A stretch of DNA of 64,000 nucleotides from an uncultured Gemmatimonadaceae bacterium (lineage in GTDB: Bacteria > Gemmatimonadota > Gemmatimonadetes > Gemmatimonadales > Gemmatimonadaceae), in NCBI GenBank assembly GCA_963751275.1, contig CAVVTZ010000005.1, forward strand, positions 1 to 64,000, read 5' to 3'. The position numbers were made by a program, and so were the translations under genes. This document shows, one piece after another, positions 45,143 to 56,939 of the stretch. The notes below the pieces were generated by a model that made no database searches, was not told the origin of the DNA, and worked only from the letters and a program-made list of their open reading frames with translations. Within the stretch, counting starts at the first letter, position 1. The number at the start of each line of letters is the position of its first letter.

Positions 45143-46320
45143 CAGCGCGCCACCGCGAGCGGATCGGTGGGCGGCCGCAGCGCGACGCGCTCGCGCGTGC
45201 TGCCGATGTTCACGAGGATCCCGGTCATGAGCATGGTGAGCACGAGATTCGTGCGGCCGTAGCTGACGAACGGGAGCGTCAGCCCGGTGGTCGGCAGCAG
45301 CCCGATCACCACGCCCAGATGCAGATACGCCGTGCTCACCGTGCAGAAGGTCATGCCCAGCGCGAGCAGTTGCTGGAAGGGCGTGCGCGCCTGCTTCGAG
45401 ATCCGGAAGCCGAGCCACGCGTAGAGCGCGAAGAGCGCCGTGACGCCGAAGAGACCGAGGAAGCCCCACTCCTCGCCAATGTTGCTGCCGATGAAGTCGT
45501 TGAAGGGGAACGGCAGGAAGCCGGTCTGCTGCTTCCCCTGCCCGAAGCCCACGCCGAAGAATCCGCCGGAGCCCACGGCGATCAGCGATTGCTTGAGCTG
45601 GTAGCTGGCCTCGGTGGGCGCCTTGCCGGGATCGAGGAAGGAGGTCATCCGCAGCAGCGCGTATTGCGCGCGCTCCACGAGCTTCCAGATGAGCGGCAGT
45701 GTGAGCGCGCCGAGCAGCAGCGCGTGGCCCAATCGCACGCCGCCGGCGAAGAGCACCACGCCCATGAGCAGCGCGAAGGTCATCACCATCGAGAGGTCGG
45801 GCTCGAGGATGACGAGAGCGCTCATCACGATGAGCACCACGACGAACGGGAGCAGCCCCGTGGTGAACCGCCGCAGCGCGTCCCCCTTCTTCACGACGAG
45901 CATCGCGGTCCACGCGATCACCGTGAACTTCGCGAACTCGGAGGGCTGGAAGGTGAGGCCGATGCGCAGCCAGCGGCGCGAGCCGTGGATCTTGGGCGCG
46001 ATGTATGGAATGCCGGGGATCACCGGGATGAGCAGCAACACGATGCTCAGTCCCAGCAGCGGCCACGCCCACCCGCGCCAGCGCTCGGCATCGGTCTTGG
46101 CGGCCAGCGCGAACGCGACGGTTCCGAGCCCCACGCCGCTGAGCTGGAGAAGGACATAGTAGGCGCTGCCATGCTTCTCGCTCACGGCCAGGAACTGGCT
46201 GGCGCTGTAGAGCACGGCCAGCCCGAAGGCGAGCAGCACCGCGCTCACGATCACCAGCGCGCGCGCCTCGACGCCCATGCGCCAGCGCTCGCGCGCCACG
46301 GGCGCCACGGGTGCGCTCAC
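45142..46320 (-). CDS. ftsW: SEDS peptidoglycan glycosyltransferase FtsW
   Basis: GSRRW, FQPSEFAK, EPD, DFI...GEEWG and LPFVSYG. Confidence 0.95.
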   Translation of the reverse strand: MSAPVAPVARERWRMGVEARALVIVSAVLLAFGLAVLYSASQFLAVSEKHGSAYYVLLQLSGVGLGTVAFALAAKTDAERWRGWAWPLLGLSIVLLLIPVIPGIPYIAPKIHGSRRWLRIGLTFQPSEFAKFTVIAWTAMLVVKKGDALRRFTTGLLPFVVVLIVMSALVILEPDLSMVMTFALLMGVVLFAGGVRLGHALLLGALTLPLIWKLVERAQYALLRMTSFLDPGKAPTEASYQLKQSLIAVGSGGFFGVGFGQGKQQTGFLPFPFNDFIGSNIGEEWGFLGLFGVTALFALYAWLGFRISKQARTPFQQLLALGMTFCTVSTAYLHLGVVIGLLPTTGLTLPFVSYGRTNLVLTMLMTGILVNIGSTRERVALRPPTDPLAVAR

Positions 46321-47691
46321 GCCGGTCTCGCCGCGAGGCGGCGGAACGCGTCGCCGCGCTGCAGATAGTTCTCGAACATGTCGTAGCTCGAGCAGGCCGG
46401 GCTGAGCAGCACCGCATCGCCCGGCGCCGCGAGCGCGCGCGCCCTCGCCATCACCGCCTCGAAATCGTTCGACATCAACTCCACGCGCACCGCGGCCTCG
46501 AGATCACGCACGATCTCCGGGCCCGCCTCGCCGTACGCGATCACGGCCTTCGCGTGACGCTGCAGCGGCTCGATGAGCGCGGTGTACGGTTCGCCCTTGT
46601 GCCGCCCGCCGAGCAGGACGATCGCGGGCCGCGTCATCCCCTCGATCGCGACCAGCGTCGAACTCACGTTCGTCGCCTTGGAGTCGTTGATCCACAGCAC
46701 GCCGCCGAACTCGCCCACGGTCTCGAGCCGGTGCGGCAGCGCGCGGAAGGAGCGCAGCCCCTCCGCGATCCGCCGGCGCGCGTCGGGCGAACGGTGCGCG
46801 TCGCTCAGGTCCATCACGCTCAGCGCCGCCGCGAGCGCGTTCGCCACGTTGTGATCGCCGAGGAGCGGCAGGTCGCGGCGCGCGAGCAGCGGCACGTCGC
46901 CCAGCACGAACAACTCGCCCGCGGCGCGGTCGTACCAGGCATCCTCCACGCTGTGCACCGAGAAGCAATGCACGTCACCGGACGGCCGCGCGCGGAACAT
47001 CGATTCCTTGTCGTCGGCGTTCAGGACGGTCTTGGAGGCGGCGTCGGAATTCCGGAAGAGCAGCAGCTTGTCGGCGTAGTAGTCCTCCACCGAGGCGTAC
47101 CGGTCGAGATGGTCGGGCGTGAGGTTCGTCAGCACGCCCACCGCCGGGCTTGATCGATGGCGTGTCGTGCAGCTGGAAGCTCGACATCTCGAGCACCATC
47201 ACCGACGGCGACTTCGGAGCCAGCGCGAGCGCGCACACGGCCGTGCCGATGTTCCCCGCCTCGACGGCGCCGGCTACGCCCACCGCGCGCAGCAGATGCG
47301 CGATGAGCGCGGTGGTGGTGGTCTTGCCGTTGGTGCCCGTGACCGCGACGTACGGGACGCCGGGCAGATAGCGCAGCCCGATCTCCACTTCGCTGACGAT
47401 CTCCACCCGGGCCTCTTGCGCGCGCGCGAGCGGCGGCGCATCCGGCGGGACGCCGGGCGATGCGACCACGACCGCCGCGCGCGCGATCCGGTCGAGATCG
47501 TGCCCGCCCGTGTCGACGGATACGCCGGCCGCGCGCAGCCGCGCCGCCGTGGCCTCGAGCGCCGCGCCCGTGCCGGCGTCCGACGCGTACACCCTGATCC
47601 CGTCGCGCGCCAGCAGCTCGGCGGCCGCCGCGCCGCTCTTCCCCAGCCCGATCACCGCCGTCTCCCCGGCGCGCCAGGCCGCGGGGATCAT
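46317..47691 (-). CDS. murD: UDP-MurNAc-L-Ala--D-Glu ligase (frameshift ~47145)
   Basis: GLGKSG, TGTNGKTTT, EMSSFQL, DHLDRY, NDSKATN and LSPACSSYD. Confidence 0.95.
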
Positions 47692-48828
47692 CGCAGCTTC
47701 AGCGTGCTGAGCGCGATGAGCGCGCAGAGGATGCCGAGGATCCAGAACCGCACCACCACCTGCGACTCGCTCCACCCCTTCATCTCGAAGTGGTGATGCA
47801 CCGGCGCCCGCAGGAAGACGCGATGCGCACGGGCGTACTCCACCCCGTGTGCGCGCTTCCGCTGTTTGAACACCGCGCGCTGCAGGATCACCGAGACCGT
47901 TTCCGCCACGAACACGCCGCCGATCAGCACGAGCAGGAACTCCGACTTGAGGAGGATCGCCACGGCGCCGAGCGCGCCGCCGAGCGCGAGCGAGCCGGTG
48001 TCGCCCATGAAGATCTGCGCCGGATACGTGTTGTACCAGAGGAATCCGATGAGCCCGCCGATGATCGCGGCGCAGAACACGCTGAGCTCGCCGGCGCCCG
48101 GGAGATAGTAGATCTGCAGGTAGTGGCTCGTGTCCGAGCGGCCGATCACGTACGCGAACAGCCCGAAGGTCGCGAAGGCGATCGCCGAGAGGCCGGCGGC
48201 AAGGCCGTCGAGCCCGTCGGTGAGATTCACCGCGTTGCTCACGCCGGTCAGCACGAAGGCGACCCACGGCACGTACATCCACGCGAGCAGCGGCACCACG
48301 AGCACGTACTTGTAGAACGGCAGCGTGGTCGAGGCGCCGGGCAGATTCGACAGCGGATCGAGCCAGAGCCACGCGCCCAGCGCGATGCCGATCGCGACCT
48401 GCCCGAACAGCTTGTAGCGCTCGATGAGCCCCTGGTTCTTCTTCCCTTCGCGCTGCTGCCGCAGCTTGAGATAGTCGTCGGTGAACCCGATCGCGCCCAT
48501 CCACGCCGTGACGGCGATCGCGATCCAGACGTAGCGGTTGCTCGGGCCGCGCCCAGAGCACGGTGCCGAGCAGCGCGGAGACCAGGATGATCACGCCGCC
48601 CATCGTCGGCGTGTTGCCTTTGCTCTGATGCGAGTCGGGCGTTCCTTCGCGCACGCCCTGGTTCACCTTCATCGCGCGCAGCCGCGCGATGACCGCCGGA
48701 CCGATCAGGAACGCGATGAGCAGGCCGGTCATCGCCGCACCGGCGCTCCGGAACGTGATGTAGTTGAAGACGTTGAACACGCCGCAGTAGCGGCACGCGC
48801 CGGTGAGCTGCGTCAGGTAGTAGAGCAC
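47688..48828 (-). CDS. mraY: Phospho-MurNAc-pentapeptide transferase (frameshift ~48545)
   Basis: KGNTPTMGG, DDYLK, NLTDGLDG, FMGDTGS and HHHFE. Confidence 0.96.
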
Positions 48829-50198
48829 TAGCGCACGGACCAGGCGTTGAGTTGCGGGAGGAGGCGTTCGAGCTGCACGCCGCGCGACGCTTTGAGAAGG
48901 ATAACCGCATCGCGCTGGAGGCGCGGCTCCAGCGCCGGCCAGAGGTCATCCACGTCGCGCGCGACCACCACCCGCGGGTCACCGCGCGCGGCGTCCCCGA
49001 GCGCCGCGCCGAGCTCGCCGATCCCGGCGATCAGCTCGGCATCGGAGGCGAGCGCGTAGCGGGCGACCTCGTCGTGCAGGCGTGCCGCGTGCGTGCCGAG
49101 CTCGCGCATGCCGCCGAGCACCGCCACGCGCTGGCGGCCGCCGCCGGCTTCCGCGAGCAGATCGAGCGCCGCGCGCATCGAGGCGGGGCTCGCGTTGTAC
49201 GCATCGTTGATCAGCGTCGCCTTGCCCAGCGCCTCCCACGACACGCGCATCTTCGAGAGCGTCGCGCCGGCCATGCCGCGCGCCGCATCCGCCGCGCTCA
49301 CGCCGCACTCGCGCGCGGCGGCGAGCGCGAGCATCGCGTTGCGCAGGTTGTGCGCGCCGCGCGCCGGCGGCCGCACGGTGGCGCCCTCGAACTCGATCTC
49401 GCCGAGTCCGCCGGCGCCCAGCGACCATCGCGTCGCGCGCACGTCGCCGCCGTCGAGCCCCGCCTGGATCACGCGGCGCACCCGGCCCTTCGCCGCGGCC
49501 GCGACCTCCGGCTGCGAGGCGGGCGTCACCGCGATCGCGGCGCCGTCGAGGATCGCGCTCTCCTCGCGCATCACGCCATCCAGACTGCCCAGTCCCTCGA
49601 GGTGCTCCTCGTCCACGCACGTCACGATCGCGAGGTCGGGCGCGGCGATCGCGCGCAGCCGCGCGATCTCCCCCGGCACGTTCATGCCCATCTCGATCAC
49701 CGCCACATCGCACTGGTCGGGCATCGCGAGCAGCGTGAGCGGCACGCCGATGAGATTGTTGAGGTTCCCGCTCGTGGCGTGCACCTCGAGCCGCGCACCG
49801 AGCGCGGCGGCGAGCAGGTCCTTCGTGGTCGTCTTCCCGGCGGAGCCGCCGACGCCGATCACGGGCCCGCCCCACGCGCGCCGGCGGAAATGCGCCAGCG
49901 CACCGAGCGCGGCGAGCGTGTCGCGCACCGCGAACACGGGCACGCCGAGGTGGCGCGTGAGCACGGGCCGGTCCACGACCACCGCCGCCGCCCCGGATGC
50001 GACCGCGCTCGCGAGGAAGTCGTGCGCGTCGAAGCGCTCGCCGCGCAGCGCCACGAAACAGTCGCCCGGCTGCAGCGCACGCGTGTCGGTGGTGATCGCG
50101 CGGACCGGCGCATGCCCCGCGGGCCGCGCTCCCGTGAGCTCCCGCGCCAGCGCCGCACCCACCCGGTCGAGCGTCCAGAACCCGACCGGAACGGTCAC
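48828..50198 (-). CDS. murF: UDP-MurNAc-tripeptide--D-Ala-D-Ala ligase
   Basis: GSAGKTTTK, NLNNLIGVP, NDAYNASP and KASRG. Confidence 0.96.
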   Translation of the reverse strand: MTVPVGFWTLDRVGAALARELTGARPAGHAPVRAITTDTRALQPGDCFVALRGERFDAHDFLASAVASGAAAVVVDRPVLTRHLGVPVFAVRDTLAALGALAHFRRRAWGGPVIGVGGSAGKTTTKDLLAAALGARLEVHATSGNLNNLIGVPLTLLAMPDQCDVAVIEMGMNVPGEIARLRAIAAPDLAIVTCVDEEHLEGLGSLDGVMREESAILDGAAIAVTPASQPEVAAAAKGRVRRVIQAGLDGGDVRATRWSLGAGGLGEIEFEGATVRPPARGAHNLRNAMLALAAARECGVSAADAARGMAGATLSKMRVSWEALGKATLINDAYNASPASMRAALDLLAEAGGGRQRVAVLGGMRELGTHAARLHDEVARYALASDAELIAGIGELGAALGDAARGDPRVVVARDVDDLWPALEPRLQRDAVILLKASRGVQLERLLPQLNAWSVR

Positions 50199-51664
50199 GC
50201 GACGGCTCCGGTCAGCTCCGCGACGATCGCCTTCTCGTCGAAGGGAAGACGCGCGGCGCCGCGGACCTGGTAGGTCTCGTGTCCCTTCCCCGCGAGCAGG
50301 ATCACGTCGTCGTTCGCGCGGGCGATCTCGAGCGCGCGCGCGATCGCGAGGCGCCGGTCCTCGAGGCGCTCGTGATTGTCCTTGCGCATCCCACGCTCGA
50401 TGTCATCGAGGATCTCGTCGGGATCCTCGGTGCGCGGATTGTCGCTCGTGAGGATCGCGAAGTCCGCGCACCGCTCGGCGATCGCGCCCATGAGCGGGCG
50501 CTTGCCGCGGTCGCGGTCGCCGCCGCATCCGAAGACGACGATCAGCTTCTTGCGCGTGAACGGGCGCACCGCCGCCAGCGCACGTTCGAGCGCATCGGGC
50601 GTATGCGCGTAGTCGCGCAGCACGGTCGGGCACTCGTGGATCACCTCGAGGCGCCCCGGCACCTGCGGCACCGTGCGCAGCCGCGCCGCGATCGCGCTGA
50701 ACGTGAGGCCGAGATGCCACGCCGCACCGGCCGCGGCGAGCGCGTTGCGCACGTTGAAGTCGCCGATGAGCGGCAGACGCAGCGCGTGACGCTGCGTGCC
50801 CGCGCAGAGGCGCCATTCGCTGCCGCGCGGCTGGTAGTGCACCGCCTCGGCGCGCACCGTCGCCACGGGATTCAGCCCGAAGGTGATCAGGCACGGCGCC
50901 GGCGGCAGATGCTCCCACGCCGGATCGTCGATGTTGATCACCGCCGCGCCGCGCGGCGTGAGGTACTCGATGAGCCGCGCCTTCGCCGCGAAGTACGCTT
51001 CCATCGTCGCGTGATAATCGAGATGGTCGCGCGTGAGATTCGTGAACACCGCGGCCTCGAACTTGAGCCCATCGATGCGGCGCTGGTCGAGCGAGTGCGA
51101 CGAGACCTCCATCGCGACCGACCGCACGCCCTGGTCCACGAGGGAGCGCAGCACGCGCTGCAGCTCCACCGGTCCGGGCGTGGTGAGTCCCGCGCCGCCT
51201 TCCACGGGCGTGCCCGCGCTGCCGAGGAGCACGCCCAGCGTGCCGATCGACGCGGAGCGCGCGCCGGGCGCATCGAGCAGGTGCCGGAGGATCCCGACCG
51301 TGGTGGTCTTGCCGTTCGTGCCGGTGACCGCCGCGATGCGCAGCGCGTTCGCCGGCTCCTCGAACGCCGCGGCCGCCGCGATCGCCGCGGCCCGCCGTCC
51401 CTCGCGCACCACGATCGACGGCAACGCGGTGCGTCCCGCCTGCTCCACGATCACGGCCGACGCGCCGCGGCCGGCCGCGTCCTCGAGGTACTCGTGGCCA
51501 TCCTGCATCGAGCCGCGTACCGCAATGAACATCGAGCCGGTCGTCACCGCGCGGCTGTCATCGGTGATGTCCCCCGCGCGTTCCGGGAGCGCGCCCGTGA
51601 TCTCGACGAGCAGGCCGGCTCGCTTGAGCGCGTCGGCCACGCGCGCCATGGGGAACGGCTTCAC
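50195..51664 (-). CDS. murE: UDP-MurNAc-dipeptide--meso-DAP ligase
   Basis: TGTNGKTT, MEVSSH, DYAHTPD, DNPR (DAP-type) and AGKGHE. Confidence 0.96.
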   Translation of the reverse strand: MKPFPMARVADALKRAGLLVEITGALPERAGDITDDSRAVTTGSMFIAVRGSMQDGHEYLEDAAGRGASAVIVEQAGRTALPSIVVREGRRAAAIAAAAAFEEPANALRIAAVTGTNGKTTTVGILRHLLDAPGARSASIGTLGVLLGSAGTPVEGGAGLTTPGPVELQRVLRSLVDQGVRSVAMEVSSHSLDQRRIDGLKFEAAVFTNLTRDHLDYHATMEAYFAAKARLIEYLTPRGAAVINIDDPAWEHLPPAPCLITFGLNPVATVRAEAVHYQPRGSEWRLCAGTQRHALRLPLIGDFNVRNALAAAGAAWHLGLTFSAIAARLRTVPQVPGRLEVIHECPTVLRDYAHTPDALERALAAVRPFTRKKLIVVFGCGGDRDRGKRPLMGAIAERCADFAILTSDNPRTEDPDEILDDIERGMRKDNHERLEDRRLAIARALEIARANDDVILLAGKGHETYQVRGAARLPFDEKAIVAELTGAVA

Positions 51665-53667
51665 GGCGCGCTCTCCAGCCGCACGAGCGTGCCCGCCTTG
51701 AGCGCGACGCCCGCAGCGGGCACCGTCCCCGACGCCGCGACGCCGACGCCTCCGACCTGCACCCGGAATCCGGCGCGATGGAGCATCAACACCGCGGCGC
51801 GCAGATTCAGGCCCCGGACGGCCGGCACCGCGTGCACGCCGAGCGCCGGGCCGCTCGCCTGAGCGACGGTGCCGACGTCGAAGCTCACGGAGGGATCGCT
51901 CCGCGTTCCGGGCGCCTCGCTCGGCGCCGCGGGCGGCGCGTCGGTGTCATTCGCGGTGGCGAGGGCCGAGGCACCCGGAACGAGGCGCGCATCGACCGGG
52001 GCGAGCGATTCCGCCGCCAAGGCATTCCGGTCCAGCGACGCATCGCGCGAGGCGAGCGCCGCTTCGATCACCAGCTTCGACACGGGCGCCGCCGCCCGGC
52101 CGCCGAAATACTGCCGCGGCGGATCGTCGAGCTTCACCAGCATCACGTACTGCGGATGCTCGGCGGGGAAGAGCGCGACGAACGACGCCGTGTAGTGTCC
52201 CGCGGTGTAGCCGTTGTGCGTGCCCGGCGCCGCGCGGCGCGACGTGCCGCTCTTGCCCGCGATCTGGAAGCCGCGGATCGCCGCGCTCATGCCGGTGCCG
52301 AGGTCCACCACGTCCACCATCATGCTCCGCACCTGGGCCGCGGACGCGGCGTCGATCACGCGGCGCACGACGCGCCGCTGGTGGCGGTAGAGCACCGTGC
52401 CGTCGGGCGCGCGGATCTCCTTCACCAAGGCCGGCTCGAGGAGCTCGCCGCCGTTCGCGATCGGCACGTAGGCCGCCGCGAGTTGCAGCGGCGTGACCGC
52501 CACCTCGTAGCCCATCGCGAGCGACTGCGGCGATTGACGGGACCATGCCGCCGGTGCGCGCAGTGTGCCCGGCGCCTCCGAGGGGAACGGCACCCCGGTC
52601 ACGGTGCCGAAGCCGAAATCGCGCAGCGCGCCGTATTCCTCGTGCACGGAGAAGCGCGACGCGAACTTCCCGATGCCGATGTTGCTGGACCACTTGATCA
52701 CCTCGCGCAGGCTCAACGACGCCGCGGGATGCTCGTCGGTGATCGTGCGGCCGGCGACGGTCCACTTGCCGCCCTCGGTATTCACGCGGTCGTCGGGCTG
52801 AGCGCGTCCGGCGGTGAGCAGCGACGCCGCGATGAGCGGCTTGAGCGTCGAGCCCGGCTCGAAGGGCTCGGTGAGGGCGGGGCTGCCGGCCGAGCGCGGA
52901 TCGCGCCGGCGGCTCGCCATCGCGCGGATCTCGCCGTCCTCGGGATCGAGCACCACCAGGTCGCCGCCGCTCGCGCCGCTCGCCGACACGGCGGAGTCGA
53001 GCGCGCGCTGGGCGATCTCCTGCAGCTCTTCGTTGATCGTGAGCACCACCACATCGCCCGCGCGCGGCGGCAGCGCGGTATCGCCGGCGAGCACGAAGCG
53101 GCCGCCGCGCGTGAGCCGCTCGAGCGTCGCGCGGCCCGGCGTGCCGTGCAGCACCGTGTCGAGCGCGAGCTCCAGGCCATCCACCGGCGCGCCGGCGCCG
53201 TCGACCACGCCCACCACGCGGCGCGTCGCCTCATGCTCCGTGTACACGCGCTCGAGCGCGGGCTCGGCGTACACCCCGCGCATCGCGATGAACTTCGCGG
53301 CGGAAGCCGGCGCGTAGAGACCGGGGAACTGCACCCAGGCGAGCGCGGTGTCGAGGGCGCGGCGCATCACGTCGCGCGGCACGCCCATCCGGTTCATGGC
53401 GATCATCGCGCTGTCGGCGTGCACGATCTCGCGCGGCGCGACGGCGATGCGCACCGAACTCCGGGTCACGGCGAGGGGGCGGCCGCGCGCATCGAAGATG
53501 TCGCCGCGCCGCGCGGGCAGGTCCACCGGCTTCAGATGCTGGGCGTCGGAGCGCGCCTCCCAGAGTCCCCCCTGCCACAGTTGCACTTGTCCCGCGCGCC
53601 CGACGAGCGCGATCGCAAAGAGGACAAGGAGCGCATGCAACAGCGCGAGGCGGCTGGGGCGAAGCAT
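51661..53667 (-). CDS. ftsI: Class B penicillin-binding protein with C-terminal PASTA-like domain
   Basis: RRGDIFD, GSTLK (SxxK), SSN and KSGT. Confidence 0.93.
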   Translation of the reverse strand: MLRPSRLALLHALLVLFAIALVGRAGQVQLWQGGLWEARSDAQHLKPVDLPARRGDIFDARGRPLAVTRSSVRIAVAPREIVHADSAMIAMNRMGVPRDVMRRALDTALAWVQFPGLYAPASAAKFIAMRGVYAEPALERVYTEHEATRRVVGVVDGAGAPVDGLELALDTVLHGTPGRATLERLTRGGRFVLAGDTALPPRAGDVVVLTINEELQEIAQRALDSAVSASGASGGDLVVLDPEDGEIRAMASRRRDPRSAGSPALTEPFEPGSTLKPLIAASLLTAGRAQPDDRVNTEGGKWTVAGRTITDEHPAASLSLREVIKWSSNIGIGKFASRFSVHEEYGALRDFGFGTVTGVPFPSEAPGTLRAPAAWSRQSPQSLAMGYEVAVTPLQLAAAYVPIANGGELLEPALVKEIRAPDGTVLYRHQRRVVRRVIDAASAAQVRSMMVDVVDLGTGMSAAIRGFQIAGKSGTSRRAAPGTHNGYTAGHYTASFVALFPAEHPQYVMLVKLDDPPRQYFGGRAAAPVSKLVIEAALASRDASLDRNALAAESLAPVDARLVPGASALATANDTDAPPAAPSEAPGTRSDPSVSFDVGTVAQASGPALGVHAVPAVRGLNLRAAVLMLHRAGFRVQVGGVGVAASGTVPAAGVALKAGTLVRLESAP

Positions 53668-54042
53668 CTAGGGCGTGCGCGGCGTCCGGCGAAGGATGAC
53701 GAGCTCGGTGTCGTTCGGAACGTGCATGTGGAGGCGGCTCTCAGCGACCGGCGCCAGCTTCGCCCTGCTCGAGAGGTCCCGAATGTCGCTCTCGAGCTGC
53801 GAACGCTGCGCATCGAGCTGCGTGCGCCGGGCTTCCAGCGCCTGTAGTTCGACCGCCTGCGCGCGGCCCACTGCCCTCCTCCAAATGACGCCCAACGACA
53901 GCAGGAGGAAACCGAGGATGAGCAGCGCGACCCACGTCCGTCCGCGCGGCGCCCGTCCTCCGGCGCGGCGCCGTTTCCCGGTGCGGGACGGCTCTCCCCG
54001 TGGCGGCGTCGCGCCGCCCCCTGCTACTCGGCCTTTCGCCAT
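53668..54042 (-). CDS. ftsL: FtsL-like cell division protein
   Basis: Basic N-terminus, single TM, coiled coil, located between rsmH and ftsI. Confidence 0.7.
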   Translation of the reverse strand: MAKGRVAGGGATPPRGEPSRTGKRRRAGGRAPRGRTWVALLILGFLLLSLGVIWRRAVGRAQAVELQALEARRTQLDAQRSQLESDIRDLSSRAKLAPVAESRLHMHVPNDTELVILRRTPRTP

Positions 54043-54974
54043 GCGCGGAGCCGCGCGCTCCGGGCGCGCGGGTTGCCTGCAATCTCGAGTGCGTCCGCCA
54101 CCGCGGCTTTTCGCGTGAGCGTCGTGCCGAGCGCATGCCCGCGGCAGGTGCACACCGGCTGCCGCGGCGGACAGACGCACGCCGCGCTCCACTGGCGGAA
54201 GCCGTGCTTCACGAGCCGGTCCTCCCCCGAGTGGTAGCTAATGACCACCAGTGTCCCTCCCGGCAGCAACTGGTCGCGCAGCATGGGCAGCGCGGTCTCG
54301 AGCCCGGCGAGCTCGTCATTCACCGCGATCCGCACGGCCTGGAAGAGGCGTGCGAAGTCCGGTGGTCCGGTGCGCGGACCGAGCGCACCGCGGATCGCGC
54401 CCACGAGATCGTCGCTCGTCGCATACGGGCGCGTGGCGCGGCGGCGGATGATCTCGCGCGCCAGCCGGCCGGCGCGCGGCTCGTCGGCGTAGTCGCGGAA
54501 GGCGTGCGTGAGTTCCGCTTCATCGGCGCGGTCGAGCCACGCGGCGGCGGTCTCGGCGCTGTCGTCTCCCATGCGCATGTCGAGGGGCGCGCCTTCGCGG
54601 AAGGAGAAGCCGCGCGCGCCGTCGTCGAGCTGGTGCGACGAGACGCCGAGGTCCAGCAGGATCCCGTCGAATCCATCGCCCGCCGCCGCGGCGACGGCGC
54701 GCTCGTCGGAGAAGTTCGCGAGCACGGCGTCGAAAGCGCCGCTCCGTTCATAGGCGGCGAGGCGCTCGCGCGCCACGGCGATCGCGCGCGGATCGCGGTC
54801 GAACCCGGTGACGCGCGCGCCGCGCTCGAGCAGGGCGAGCGCGTGCCCGCCCCCGCCGAGCGTGCCGTCGAGGACGCGGCGCGCTCCGGAGAGGTGCTCC
54901 ACGACCGTGGCCGCGAGCACCGGGGCGTGGTACCCGCTCGCCCACTCGGATCGTGCCGCCGGCGCACCGCTCAT
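54024..54974 (-). CDS. rsmH: 16S rRNA m4C1402 methyltransferase
   Basis: HAPVL, DGTLGGGGH, DLGVSSHQLD, PLDMRM and NPRARSARLR. Confidence 0.97.
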   Translation of the reverse strand: MSGAPAARSEWASGYHAPVLAATVVEHLSGARRVLDGTLGGGGHALALLERGARVTGFDRDPRAIAVARERLAAYERSGAFDAVLANFSDERAVAAAAGDGFDGILLDLGVSSHQLDDGARGFSFREGAPLDMRMGDDSAETAAAWLDRADEAELTHAFRDYADEPRAGRLAREIIRRRATRPYATSDDLVGAIRGALGPRTGPPDFARLFQAVRIAVNDELAGLETALPMLRDQLLPGGTLVVISYHSGEDRLVKHGFRQWSAACVCPPRQPVCTCRGHALGTTLTRKAAVADALEIAGNPRARSARLRAWRKAE

Positions 54975-55000
54975 TCAGGACCTCGCTGTGGCGCAAACGA

Positions 55001-55031
55001 CGAGCGCCCGCCGGAACCCGGCGGGCGCTCG
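55001..55031 (-). terminator. Perfect 14 bp hairpin between the TPR gene and rsmH
   Basis: CGAGCGCCCGCCGG-AAC-CCGGCGGGCGCTCG, followed by TCGTTTG on the minus strand. Confidence 0.6.
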
Positions 55032-55054
55032 CGCGTCGGGCCCAGCGGCGTCCG

Positions 55055-56870
55055 TCACTTGCAGAATTTCTTCAACTGTCCGTCGACGGCCGGGGTGTAC
55101 TGCTGCAGCGCGGAGAGGATCTGCTGCGCCACCTTCGGGTCGATCGACCCGCCGGCGGCGACGTTGATCTGCGCGATGAGCAGGTAGTCCTGCGCCTCGT
55201 GCGCGAGATCGCACCGCTTCGCGTTGACGTTCGCGCGCACCGCCAGATCGCCCACGGAGAACGCCGCGAGACCCTTCACGAACTTGGCCTGGGCGCTCGG
55301 CGCGATGCTGTCATCGAGCGACAGGATCGCGACGGCGCGCTTGTAGTCCTCCGCGTTCTGCGGCTGGGCCGCCTTGGCCGCCTTGAACGCCTGGTTGCCC
55401 ACGACGAGCAGCAGCTGCTTGCCCGCGATCATGGAATCGGCGCTGAGCTGCTGGGCCCAATGCGCGGAATCCACCGCTGATTTCGGACTCTTCGGATCGC
55501 CCTTCGGCGGCTTCAGCGCCAGCCGGATCGCGGCCACCGCTTGGTCGGGGCGCTGCAGATCGATGAGCGCCTGCGCCGCGAGGATGTACGAGTGGCTGTT
55601 GGTGGAGTCGAGCTTGATGAGCTGGTTCGCCGCATCGAGCGCGGCCTGCGGATTGCCGCTCAGCCGCTGCACCTGCGAACTCAGGCCCCACAACGTGGGA
55701 TTGAGCGGGAACTTGGCGAGGCCGGCGGCCGTCTCGGTCGCGGCCATCTTCACCTCGCCGAGGCGGGCGTACGCCGCGGTCTGGCGGATGAAGAACGTGG
55801 TGTCGGCCGCCGACGTATCGACCTTCACCATCTCGTCGCCGATCTGCGTCGCGCGGCGCATGTCCGCGGTGTCGCCCGTGGCGAGCAGGATCTGCCACTC
55901 GAGCTTGATCGAGATCCGGGTCGCCCGGATTCTCCTCGACCGCCTTCATGATGATCGGCTTGGCGGCCGGCGCGTAACCGCTCGCGCCGATCTTGATCAC
56001 CACGTCGGAGACGAGCTGCGGATTCTTCGGGTCGATCGCGATGAGATTGCCCCACGCTTCGACGGCCTTGGTGAGGTAGAACCGCGTGCTGTCGGACTGG
56101 CCGGCGGCTTTCGCCGCCTGGCCACGCTTGCGGTACTCCTCGCCGAGCATCGTCCACGCGAGCTTGTTGCGCGGATCCAGCTCCGTGACCCGCAGCGCCA
56201 CCGCGACGATCGAGTCGCTCGAGTAGTCCTTCTTGATCCACGCGTTCGCGAGGCAGATGCGGCCCACCGTGGAGGCGGGATAGACCGCGATCGCCGCGCG
56301 CGCCGACGCGATGGCGCCGTCCAGATCGTTGTTCTGCGTCTTGTGGAGGCAGGCGACGAAATCGGGCACCTCTTTGCGCGCCGCCTGGAAGGACTTGGAC
56401 ACCTGCGAGGCGACGTCGCCGAGCTTCGTGCCCGACGCCGGCGGGAGCGGCTGCGACATGTCGATGGAGCCGGTCACGAAGAAGCGCGTGTCGAGCTTGT
56501 ACGCGTTGCCCGTCTTCACCACGTTGCCCTCGAGATACTCCTCGGTGCGGAGCGTGGTCGCGAGCAGGCGCGCGGTCAGCCCGTCGGGCGCGCTGTCGCA
56601 GCTGAAGCCGGAGGCTTCGAGGTTCGCGCAGACGGTGGTCTTCGCGATCACCGCGAGCTGCTTCACGCTCACATCGGAGGCAATGCGCTGCCGCACTTCC
56701 TCGGACGCCTGGGGACCCAGTCCCTTCTCGTTGCCGCGGAACGGCACGACCATGAGACGGGGCACCTCCTCGCCGGCGCGCTGCGCGGCGAGCGAGCCCA
56801 GCGGGGCGAGCGCGGCAGCGGCGACGAGCACCGCGACGAGTGAGCACTGAGCACGATTCATTGCCTTCAC
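55055..56870 (-). CDS. Secreted TPR-like helical protein (frameshift ~55905)
   Basis: GGAGG then GTG 56870. Signal peptide ...AALAPLGSLAAQ, TolB_N/CsgG-like LMVVPF segment, helical repeats (ELDPRN, IDPKN, ENPGD). Confidence 0.7.
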
Positions 56871-56939
56871 GGGCGACGACCTCCGAATGTGTACACTGAA
56901 TACCCCCGCCGTGACGCTGCGGCTCCGGCGGGACACCAA